Shown here one piece after another: positions 6,661-14,176 of a stretch of DNA of 47,716 bases. This DNA is from a virus. The translations under genes and the position numbers were made by a program. The stretch covers positions 1-47,716 of IMG/VR virus record IMGVR_UViG_3300016476_001127. One strand, 5' to 3'. The notes under the pieces are model-generated. The model was not told where the DNA came from. It saw nothing but the letters and a program-made list of their open reading frames with translations, and searched no databases. Positions within the stretch are counted from its first letter, which is position 1. Each line of letters begins with the position of its first letter.

Positions 6661-7683
6661 ATGTGCGTCATCATCTACCGTGAACCCGGGGTTACCATCC
6701 CCTTCGACAAGCTGAAGTCTGCCTGCATCGTCAACGCTGACGGCATGGGCCTTGTCGCCATCGACCGTGGCAAGCTCGAGCTCCGGAAGTTCTTCCAGGA
6801 GAAGGGCAACGAGCCCGAGACGCTGGCGAAGTTCCTCGAGGATGCGAAGGACCTCCATGTCTACGCCCACCTTCGCTTCCGGACGAAGGGGGCGAAGGAC
6901 AAGGACAACGTCCATCCCTTCGGCGTCCTGAAGAAGAAGCTGCACGGCATGGACCTCCAGTTCATGCACAACGGCACGCTCACCGACTTCGGTACGACGA
7001 ATGACTGCGACTCGAAGCACTTCGCCAAATCCCTGCTGCGTCCGCTGTCCGAGACCTTCCTCAAGGCCAATGAGGGCAAGCCCTTCCTGCATGACCCGGT
7101 CTACGTCAAGCTGCTCGAGAAATATGCAGGCAAGGGCTCGGTCTTCCTGCTCGTCGACAATCTCGGCAACCACCAGATTGTGAACTACGACAATGGCAAA
7201 GCCTTCGATGGCTGGTGGGCCTCGAATGAGTACTCGTTCAACCGCACCCACCGGGAGTCCTACGACTACGGCTACGGCAGCCGTGGCTACTCGAAGGGCT
7301 ACCAGCAGTGGAAGGAGGATGGCTACTGGAAGCCGGACTCTCCCCAAGCGGAAGAAAAGAAGGTCGTCTCCCTCCCGCCCATCAAGTCTGGAGGAGATAC
7401 TCAGCCTCCTTTTGACGACGACGTCCCCTTCGAAACCGCGAAGAAGGAGGTAGCCAAGGCGGCGACGGTAAACCCTACTTTGCCGAAGCGCCCACGCTTC
7501 ATTGACGTCGCCGAGTTGTCTTGCCTCGCCGATGTCTGCCAGTTGTCCATGGACCAGATCAAGGACCTCGTCGATGACTACCCGGAGGAAGCCGCGCTCC
7601 TCATCCGGGACCTCATCAAGGAGGTCTACGACCTGGATGTCGAAGCCGACGACGAAATCGAGGAGGTCTACGTAGCAGCATGA
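6661..7683 (+). CDS. Class-II (Ntn) glutamine amidotransferase-like protein with acidic C-terminal extension
   Basis: Begins MCVIIY (nucleophile Cys2). AHLRFRTKGAKDKDNVHPF and FMHNGTL match the H-x-R-x-A-T ... N-x-H-P-F and H-N-G motifs. The last ~130 aa are acidic and unassigned. Confidence 0.8.
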   Translation: MCVIIYREPGVTIPFDKLKSACIVNADGMGLVAIDRGKLELRKFFQEKGNEPETLAKFLEDAKDLHVYAHLRFRTKGAKDKDNVHPFGVLKKKLHGMDLQFMHNGTLTDFGTTNDCDSKHFAKSLLRPLSETFLKANEGKPFLHDPVYVKLLEKYAGKGSVFLLVDNLGNHQIVNYDNGKAFDGWWASNEYSFNRTHRESYDYGYGSRGYSKGYQQWKEDGYWKPDSPQAEEKKVVSLPPIKSGGDTQPPFDDDVPFETAKKEVAKAATVNPTLPKRPRFIDVAELSCLADVCQLSMDQIKDLVDDYPEEAALLIRDLIKEVYDLDVEADDEIEEVYVAA

Positions 7684-8180
7684 GCGACTTCTCTGACTTC
7701 ATTGCCGACTGCCGTGCCGAGAATGGCTGGACGCCTGACGTCCCGCTGCTCGACACCCAGGATGACTGGTACGTCTTCGTCTACGGAAAGCGCCGGGGGA
7801 AATCCTCGGCGTATTTCACCCACGCCAACTCGGAGGCTGAGTTCGTCTCGATCGCCTGGACAAAATCCGACATATATAGTATACTAAATATCCAGGACGG
7901 TGATTCCGAACTCAAGCTCGCAACTCTGAACGGCACGGACCGCATCCTCGGTGAGGTGTGGAAGGTGCCGACCGAGAAGCTCATCGAACTCGACGGCGAT
8001 GAGCGCAACATCATGCTGACCGAACGCATCCGTGTCCCGGTCTGCATCGGTGCCAGGGGTGTCGTCTCGGCCTGGATCTACCTCGCCCATCGAAGTTATT
8101 TGCTCGAGGGTGGTCTCAAGATTTCCAAATACACCGGCTGCACATATTTCGGCAGCCAGAAGTTCCTCGAAATTCATTAA
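7680..8180 (+). CDS. Gamma-glutamyl cyclotransferase / AIG2-like protein
   Basis: WYVFVYGKRRGKSS (compare YGTLKRG), GEVWKVPTEKLIELDGDERN (G-E-v-y-x-v ... LD-x-x-E) and SAWIYL. ATGA overlap with the amidotransferase stop. Confidence 0.6.
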   Translation: MSDFSDFIADCRAENGWTPDVPLLDTQDDWYVFVYGKRRGKSSAYFTHANSEAEFVSIAWTKSDIYSILNIQDGDSELKLATLNGTDRILGEVWKVPTEKLIELDGDERNIMLTERIRVPVCIGARGVVSAWIYLAHRSYLLEGGLKISKYTGCTYFGSQKFLEIH

Positions 8181-8209
8181 AGCCCTTATTTTATTGAGGT
8201 TTTTCAACC

Positions 8210-8470
8210 ATGAGTCGTTGCGCTATCTGCGACTATTCCCAATCGGCTGATTCGCTCTACCACAACAGCCTGTCATTCTCGGCCTCACTCGAAAACAACC
8301 GCGTCGTCTACTCCCCGGATTTGAAGAAGGACGTCTGCATCTCCTGCCTCGAGCAGCATCTGCAGCAACAGAACTTCTGGGAATCTTTGGAGGACACAAG
8401 CGATGTTTATGAAGTCGAAGCTGAAGACGCTGCCGAATACTGCGGATGCACCGAAGTCGAAGCTGACTAG
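8210..8470 (+). CDS. Small Cys-rich (zinc-ribbon-like) acidic protein
   Basis: CAIC ... CISC pairs and an acidic C-terminus. Overlaps the primase start by about 65 nt. Confidence 0.55.
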   Translation: MSRCAICDYSQSADSLYHNSLSFSASLENNRVVYSPDLKKDVCISCLEQHLQQQNFWESLEDTSDVYEVEAEDAAEYCGCTEVEAD

Positions 8471-10025
8471 GTCGCACCTTCCGTGTGACCGATGCGGCAG
8501 CAGCGATGCCCGCTCCGAATACAGCGACGGACATAGCTTCTGCTTCTCCTGCAACAATTACACCCACGGAGACAGCGTGAGCGAACAGACGACAGCCGAC
8601 GACTTCGAATACACCTACCAATACGTACCCCTGCGCGGGCTCACGGCAGCCACGATGGAGAAATACGGCATCCTCACCAAGGTCGATGCCAACGGCACCC
8701 CCGTGGCCCAGGGCTACACCTACCCCAACGGGGCGATCAAGATCCGGAACCTCCAGAAGAAGGAGTTCCATGCAAAAGGAGACATGAGTAATGCCACGCT
8801 CTTTGGACGAGACCGATTTAACGCTGGCTCTGCTCGCAGCATTACGATCTGTGAGGGAGAGCTTGATGCTGCGTCCGTTTACCAACTCCTTGGAAGCAAA
8901 TATCCGGCAGTGTCTGTCCGATCAGCTTCATCAGCTCGAAAGGACTGTGCTGCAGAATTCGAGTACCTCAATTCATTCGACTCCATCTACCTCTGCTTTG
9001 ACGGAGACGATGCTGGTCAACGAGCCTGTGCTGACGTTGCAGGGTTGTTTAACTTTAACAAGATCTTCCATGTAAAGCTCACGAAATACAAGGATGCGAA
9101 CGACTACCTTGTCAATGCTGCGGAGAAGGAATTCCTCTCTACGTGGCACAACGCCCAGAAGTTTCTTCCCGAGGGCATCATCTCGAGTAACTCGGAAGTC
9201 CTGGAGATCTTCAAGGAAGAGAAGTCCACTTCTGTTGCGACATACCCTTGGGCAACTCTCCAGGATCTTACGAAGGGCATCCGTTACGGCGAAGTGGTTC
9301 TTCTTACGGCAATGGAAGGGGTTGGCAAGACGGAAATCTTTCGTGGTCTTGAGTACCATCTTCTCCAGACGACAGAGTCCAACGTCGGTATCATTCACCT
9401 CGAAGAGGGCAAGCGTCGCTTCTACGACGGCCTCGCGGGCTATGAGCTCAAGACGGCAGCCCACCATGACCCCTACCTCACGCCTGAACAGAAGTTCGAG
9501 GCCTTCACGAAAGCGGTAAAGCGTGACAATCGTCTACACTTCTATACGCATTTTGGTAGTGATGATCCTGATACTATACTCGACAGCATTCGTTTCATGG
9601 CTGGCGCGTGTGAGTGTAAGTTCATCTTCCTCGACCACATCACACTGCTCGTCTCAGGAGTCGCCGAAGGTGACGAGCGGCGGATACTCGACTATATATC
9701 GACGAAACTAGCGCAGATGGTCGAGGAGCTCGACTTCTGCCTATTCCTGATCAGCCACATCAATGACGACGGCAAGACCCGAGGATCGCGGAACATCTCC
9801 AAGATCGCGGATCTCCATGTCCAGTTGGTGAGGAATCTCGACAGCGCTGATCCGATCGAGCGCAACACCACCCACCTCCTCGTGAAGAAGAACCGCTTCG
9901 CGGCCCAGACAGGCCCCGGTGGCTCTCTCTACTTCGACAAGGACACCTACATAATTTCTGAACGCACCATCCCCCCTCACGATCTACCCCCTACGGAGGT
10001 ACCCCATGGCAATCACGCTTCTTAA
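8403..10025 (+). CDS. Bifunctional DNA primase/helicase (T7 gp4-like)
   Basis: Zinc finger CDRCGSSD...CFSC. TOPRIM ITICEGELDAAS and LCFDGDDAGQRA. DnaB/RecA-type Walker A MEGVGKTEIF and Walker B FIFLDHITLL. Start may be 8403 or 8409. Confidence 0.9.
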   Translation: MFMKSKLKTLPNTADAPKSKLTRSHLPCDRCGSSDARSEYSDGHSFCFSCNNYTHGDSVSEQTTADDFEYTYQYVPLRGLTAATMEKYGILTKVDANGTPVAQGYTYPNGAIKIRNLQKKEFHAKGDMSNATLFGRDRFNAGSARSITICEGELDAASVYQLLGSKYPAVSVRSASSARKDCAAEFEYLNSFDSIYLCFDGDDAGQRACADVAGLFNFNKIFHVKLTKYKDANDYLVNAAEKEFLSTWHNAQKFLPEGIISSNSEVLEIFKEEKSTSVATYPWATLQDLTKGIRYGEVVLLTAMEGVGKTEIFRGLEYHLLQTTESNVGIIHLEEGKRRFYDGLAGYELKTAAHHDPYLTPEQKFEAFTKAVKRDNRLHFYTHFGSDDPDTILDSIRFMAGACECKFIFLDHITLLVSGVAEGDERRILDYISTKLAQMVEELDFCLFLISHINDDGKTRGSRNISKIADLHVQLVRNLDSADPIERNTTHLLVKKNRFAAQTGPGGSLYFDKDTYIISERTIPPHDLPPTEVPHGNHAS

Positions 10026-10206
10026 AATGAAGGAAGGAGAGACAGTCCCGAAGATCCCCGAGTGGCTCCGGGGGAAGTTCTTCGAGCTCCACAAGGAGGT
10101 CACCTACTCCATCGACGAAGACTGCTCCTACGAAGACTTCGAATACGCTGGGTGGCTTCACATCAAAGACGACGGCACCATCGAGATTGGAGAGCCTGGA
10201 GCATAA
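10006..10206 (+). CDS. Hypothetical protein (66 aa)
   Basis: GGAGG then ATG. 20-nt overlap with the primase-helicase end. Confidence 0.55.
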   Translation: MAITLLKMKEGETVPKIPEWLRGKFFELHKEVTYSIDEDCSYEDFEYAGWLHIKDDGTIEIGEPGA

Positions 10207-10208
10207 CC

Positions 10209-10382
10209 ATGCACGATGACATTCTAAAAGAAGAACTGGAAGATTGTCGAGTCGAGATCGAGCGGCTGCGTGCGGCGCTGGAGAAATTGGCAACAGGGTA
10301 TCACGGTGGCGCTATTGCACAACAGATCGCCCGCGCCGCACTAGAGGCCCAGCCCGCCGCGCCGGGAGGTGACAATGGTTAG
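10209..10382 (+). CDS. Hypothetical coiled-coil protein (57 aa)
   Basis: Internal ATG of track ORF 10062..10382, 2 nt after the previous stop. MHDDILKEELEDCRVEIERLRAALEKL. The upstream part of the track ORF is Arg-rich off-frame sequence. Confidence 0.5.
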   Translation: MHDDILKEELEDCRVEIERLRAALEKLATGYHGGAIAQQIARAALEAQPAAPGGDNG

Positions 10383-10533
10383 GCCAGCTTCACCGTGTCC
10401 GTTCTACAGGATGCCCTGCGAGTATGTGCCGATGGCTCACACCGCACATGCCTTGAAGGAAGAGAACGAGAAACTGCGGAAGATCGTTGAAGAGTATGCT
10501 CCGCATCGTTTGAAGGAAGTTTACAATGATTGA
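10375..10533 (+). CDS. Hypothetical protein (52 aa)
   Basis: ATG 10375 overlaps the previous gene; its stop overlaps ATG 10526 (ATGATTGA). Below the track cutoff. Confidence 0.4.
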   Translation: MVRPASPCPFYRMPCEYVPMAHTAHALKEENEKLRKIVEEYAPHRLKEVYND

Positions 10534-10858
10534 CCCGAAGAAACTTTATCGCACCCGCGATGGCCGCGAGGTTCGCATCTATGCAGTGGATGGGGGTGGG
10601 CATAGGCCCATTCACGGTGCCGTTCGTGATGGACGTGAGTGGACTGCTTATACATGGTTGGAAAGTGGAGAGGCGGCGTTGCACTGTGCCAGCCTCATCG
10701 AAGTGAAGCCCCGTATCCAGCGTGAGGTGTGGGTGAACGTGTATGCAGAGTATTGCTGCATCTTCCCAAGCAAGGAACACGCAGACCAAGTATCGCTGTG
10801 GAACCGCATCGCCTGTGTGAAGGTCGTGATTGATTGCGAGGAAGGAGAGGGGCTGTGA
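10526..10858 (+). CDS. Hypothetical protein (110 aa)
   Basis: ATG ORF in a chain of overlapping small genes. No motif recognised. Confidence 0.6.
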   Translation: MIDPKKLYRTRDGREVRIYAVDGGGHRPIHGAVRDGREWTAYTWLESGEAALHCASLIEVKPRIQREVWVNVYAEYCCIFPSKEHADQVSLWNRIACVKVVIDCEEGEGL

Positions 10859-11346
10859 GTCATATTGTTTACATATGTTTTGCCAGTACGGGCGAGTATT
10901 CGGATCGCACCGAGATCATGCTGCACGGGTATCGCACCGAGAAGGAGGCGCAGGACTTCGTTCTTTGTTCGCAGGAACACTTCAACAAACGGTGGGTAAA
11001 CGTGAAGGACGACTACCATAACTTGGAAATCAACTTCCCCAAAGGCTGGCACCCCGAGTGCCCGGAATTGGATCAGCCCGCCTACACTGGCTATCGCTTC
11101 TGGTACGAAGCCGTTGAGATCAAGCCACGATCTCGAAGAGGCGCTGAAGACATACCGCATGAGGTGGTGGAGGCGGCGTTGAACGCATACACCGGGAATA
11201 ACTGCAACTGTAATAGCTGTCGCAAGGATGTTATTCGCACCATCGCCGCCGCCCGTAATGCGTGGCCGGGGTCTGAGATTTCATGGATCGCCGGAGAAAG
11301 CGAAGATGGTGATCTCATCCTCCCCCTGCCGCAGGAGAACCCTTGA
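10855..11346 (+). CDS. Hypothetical protein (163 aa)
   Basis: GGAAGGAGAGGGG then GTG 10855, with a GTGA overlap on the previous stop. Track start 10834 (TTG) is less likely. Confidence 0.6.
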   Translation: MSHIVYICFASTGEYSDRTEIMLHGYRTEKEAQDFVLCSQEHFNKRWVNVKDDYHNLEINFPKGWHPECPELDQPAYTGYRFWYEAVEIKPRSRRGAEDIPHEVVEAALNAYTGNNCNCNSCRKDVIRTIAAARNAWPGSEISWIAGESEDGDLILPLPQENP

Positions 11347-13289
11347 GCTACTGCATCCTCGACATCGAGACCAACGCCATCGACAACCCGGACAAGCTCT
11401 GGTGCATCGTGGTGAAGAACCTCGACAGCGGCGAGGTATCTACCTGGAGCTTTCCTTCGGGGGTTCCTGGGGAGTACCCGAGGCTTGTCGAGGGGTTCCT
11501 ATCATCTTGTAGCTCTGTCTCCTGCTGGGTTGGTCACAACGTCATTGCCTATGACCTTCCTCACCTTGTCCGGCTGATCCCTGGCTTCAGCTTCGATCAG
11601 TCCCGTGTCATCGACACTCTCGTCGTTGCCCGTCTTCTCAACTACGGCGTCGAGGGTGGCAACTCCCTCGAGGCCTGGGGGAACCGCCTAGGCTTACACA
11701 AAGCCGACTTCTCAGACTTCTCTGCCTACTCACAGCAGATGCTGGACTACTGCATCAACGACGTCCTTGTTACGGAGAAACTCTATGCCCTCCTCGAACC
11801 CTACGTATCCTCAAGCCAGTGGAGTCGTTCTCTACGACTCGAACACGATACAGCCTTCCTCTGCCACGACCTTCACACCAACGGATTTTCTTTTGACCTC
11901 GAACGAGCGGTTTCCCTGCATCATTCAATCACGAGCAGACTCGGAGCCTTGGAAGACGATCTCGCCCGAGATTTCCAGCCGCGACCTACCCTGGTACGCG
12001 AGGTACACCCTCGAGTCACCGCTTCAGGAACGCTTAGCCGCGTGGATTTCCGGTGGCTGGATAGTCCTGGCGACCTCACCCAGTTCAACGGAGGCCCTTT
12101 TTCCCGAATTGCCTGGGTACCCTTTAACCCCGGGAGTCCGAAGCAGTGCGTCGAGCGGCTCTGGGAGTGTGGATGGAAGCCCTTCGACAAGACCAAGGGA
12201 CACATCGCCGCCGAACGAGCATCCAATAGTCGACCTGTACGAGGAAGAGCAGGCGCTCAGACGGCTGGACGAGGACTTCGAGGACTACCTGAACCATCTG
12301 ATGTAAGAGGAAGCAGAGACCTTGAGCATTACCGCTACTACGGCTGGAAGGTCAACGAAGCCAACCTTGCTACACTACCCCGGGACGCACCAGAAGCAGC
12401 CCACAAGCTCGTCGAGTGGCTGATGCTGGACTCGAGGCGCTCCACCCTCGAGGAGTGGTTCGCCGTCTATAACCAGGGCACACAGCGTATCCATGGCCGC
12501 TTCAACCATATCGGGGCCTGGACCGGACGCATGTCCCACAACAGCCCCAACATGGCGAACATCCCAGGCCATGGCTCCGTCTACGGCGACGAGTTCCGCA
12601 GCTTGTGGCGGGCCGAGCCAGGAAAGTACCTCGTCGGTGTCGACGCTGACGGCATCCAACTCCGGGTGCTCGCCCATTACATGAACGACAAAGACTTCAT
12701 CGCAGCCCTCACCCAGGGCAGAAAGGAAGACGGTACTGATGCCCACACTCTCAACAAGATCGCCCTGGGCGATGCATGTCGAGATCGAGACACAGCGAAG
12801 ACTTTTATCTACGCATTTCTCCTTGGTGCGGGAGTCGCTAAGATCGCTGAAATCCTTGGCTGTTCTTCCGATGACGCCCGAGGAGCAGTTGACGCTTTCC
12901 TCAACTACTATCCAGGCCTTCGAGGACTTAAGGACCACCGACTCCCTGCTGATGCAGCTCGAGGCTATTTTATCGGACTCGACGGACGACTCGTCGCCTG
13001 TGACTCCGAGCACCTGATGCTGGCGGGCTACCTGCAGAACGGAGAAGCCGTCATCATGAAGACCGCGAACCTAATCTGGCGTGAGAACCTAAGAAAGGAG
13101 GGTATCGTCTTCAAGCAAGTCAACTTTGTTCATGACGAGTGGCAAGTTGAGGTTAATTCCTTGACTGATGCAACCAAAGCTGGTAATATAATGATATCGG
13201 CAATTGAAGAAGCTGGTCGCCAGCTTAACCTTAACTGTCCCCTCGCCGGTAACGCCAAATACGGCACAAGCTGGCTGGACACACACTAG
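11343..13289 (+). CDS. Family-A DNA polymerase with 3'-5' exonuclease domain
   Basis: Exo motifs ILDIETNA, HNVIAYDLPHL and YCINDVLVTEKLY. Pol motif A DADGIQLRVLAHY, motif B RDTAKTFIYAFLLGAG, motif C FVHDEWQVE. Ends ...SWLDTH with the conserved C-terminal His. TTG start with a TTGA overlap. See the finding on 12226..12330. Confidence 0.9.
   Translation: MSYCILDIETNAIDNPDKLWCIVVKNLDSGEVSTWSFPSGVPGEYPRLVEGFLSSCSSVSCWVGHNVIAYDLPHLVRLIPGFSFDQSRVIDTLVVARLLNYGVEGGNSLEAWGNRLGLHKADFSDFSAYSQQMLDYCINDVLVTEKLYALLEPYVSSSQWSRSLRLEHDTAFLCHDLHTNGFSFDLERAVSLHHSITSRLGALEDDLARDFQPRPTLVREVHPRVTASGTLSRVDFRWLDSPGDLTQFNGGPFSRIAWVPFNPGSPKQCVERLWECGWKPFDKTKGHIAAERASNSRPVRGRAGAQTAGRGLRGLPEPSDVRGSRDLEHYRYYGWKVNEANLATLPRDAPEAAHKLVEWLMLDSRRSTLEEWFAVYNQGTQRIHGRFNHIGAWTGRMSHNSPNMANIPGHGSVYGDEFRSLWRAEPGKYLVGVDADGIQLRVLAHYMNDKDFIAALTQGRKEDGTDAHTLNKIALGDACRDRDTAKTFIYAFLLGAGVAKIAEILGCSSDDARGAVDAFLNYYPGLRGLKDHRLPADAARGYFIGLDGRLVACDSEHLMLAGYLQNGEAVIMKTANLIWRENLRKEGIVFKQVNFVHDEWQVEVNSLTDATKAGNIMISAIEEAGRQLNLNCPLAGNAKYGTSWLDTH
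11492..11507 (+). promoter_or_regulatory. Copy of conserved motif GGGGTTCCTATCATCT inside the polymerase gene
   Basis: Matches 15 of the first 16 positions of the copies at 1748 and 4011. A partial GGGGTTCCT also lies at about 11460..11468. Confidence 0.4.
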
Positions 13290-13300
13290 GAATACCATCA

Positions 13301-13519
13301 ATTAGCAAGTTCTTTGAAGTCACTTTCTCCTACCTCGAGCCCGTTACGTCTATTGCGACGGTTGAAGGCGAGAGCCCCGACGATGTCGTCGACAAGATCC
13401 GGAATTATTTCTCCCATGTCGAAGACCTCGAAGTCCATGAGATTACCCTCTTGGACGAACCGCCTGAGGGAATTGACCCTCCCAAGAAGGCAAAGCCGAA
13501 CCTAAGGCTCGTGAACTAA
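13301..13519 (+). CDS. Hypothetical acidic protein; start codon unresolved
   Basis: The frame reading ...FFEVTFSYLEPVTSIATVEGESPDDVVDKIRNYFSHVEDLEVHEITLLDEPPEGIDPPKKAKPNLRLVN looks coding. From the upstream stop (13250) there is no in-frame ATG/GTG/TTG until TTG at about 13460. AGGA (13288..13291) then ATT at 13301 is the best candidate. Confidence 0.4.
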   Translation: MSKFFEVTFSYLEPVTSIATVEGESPDDVVDKIRNYFSHVEDLEVHEITLLDEPPEGIDPPKKAKPNLRLVN

Positions 13520-13571
13520 TCCTTCTCTCCCCGTAGTTTTTCAGACCACAACTATTTCAAGGATACGCATT

Positions 13572-14039
13572 ATGGCATCAAGCTATTATTACCTCTCGGG
13601 CAAGGCGAAGTGGGCCAAGCTCTTCAAGCCCGACGACAAGTACAAGAACTGGCAGATCCAGGTCTACCTCGACGACGAATCCATGAAGATCTACGACGAG
13701 ACCGGCATGTCCATGCAGAAGAAGCAGGACGATGACGGTGTCTTCGTTACCTTCCGCCGACCGGAAGCGAAGGTCATCAAGGATGAACTCGTGAAGTTCG
13801 ATCCGCCTGCCGTTCTCGATGCCGATGGCAACAAGCTCGAGCAGCTTGTCGGCAACGGCTCAGAGGTCACCATTAAGGTCATCGTCTACGACACCATGAA
13901 GGGCAAAGGACACCGCCTCGAGGCCGTCAAGGTCAACAAGCTCGTGCCCTACGTCAAGCAGGAGACGGCTCCCGTGGCCTCCGCAGGGGCCATGGCATCA
14001 ACGGCAGCGAAGCCTGCTCTCAAGGCCATTCCCTTCTAG
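13572..14039 (+). CDS. Putative single-stranded DNA-binding protein (T7 gp2.5-like / DUF2815-like)
   Basis: Lies between the polymerase and the exonuclease. OB-fold-like beta-rich sequence (KWAKLFKPDDKY...VTFRRP...IKVIVYD) ending in Phe. Homology not verified. Confidence 0.45.
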   Translation: MASSYYYLSGKAKWAKLFKPDDKYKNWQIQVYLDDESMKIYDETGMSMQKKQDDDGVFVTFRRPEAKVIKDELVKFDPPAVLDADGNKLEQLVGNGSEVTIKVIVYDTMKGKGHRLEAVKVNKLVPYVKQETAPVASAGAMASTAAKPALKAIPF

Positions 14040-14176
14040 GAGGGAAGACCCCTCAGCCGTGGAGAGGCTAAATTCCACGGGTAGCTATAGGCGCGACACG
14101 ATGGCGTCGTGATACCTGACCGGGGGAGCCGGTGACCAGCGGGGAGAGGCCCGCACATTTTTCAAGGATACCCGAT

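Noticed and set aside
1007-7347. Minus-strand and off-frame ORFs in the early arm (1007..1732, 4794..5459, 4825..5619, 5541..6482, 6526..7347)
   Set aside because: Same shadow-ORF signature: low-complexity Arg/Gly/Pro/Ser-rich products nested in better plus-strand genes with recognisable enzyme motifs.
11767-12306. 179-aa ORF in the +1 frame of the polymerase gene as an independent gene
   Set aside because: All but its last ~26 codons are Ser/Pro-rich off-frame sequence. Only the 3' tail looks coding, and that is reported as a phase anomaly instead.
13314-13505. 63-aa track ORF (TTG start) after the polymerase gene
   Set aside because: The product is Ser/Arg/Leu/Pro/Thr-rich with rare codons (tcg, cga, aga, tta). 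The alternative frame looks like a real protein, although it lacks a canonical start.
13253-13519. -1 frameshift extension of the polymerase into the downstream ORF
   Set aside because: There is no X XXY YYZ slippery heptamer before TAG 13287. The polymerase already ends with the conserved C-terminal His, so an extension is unlikely.
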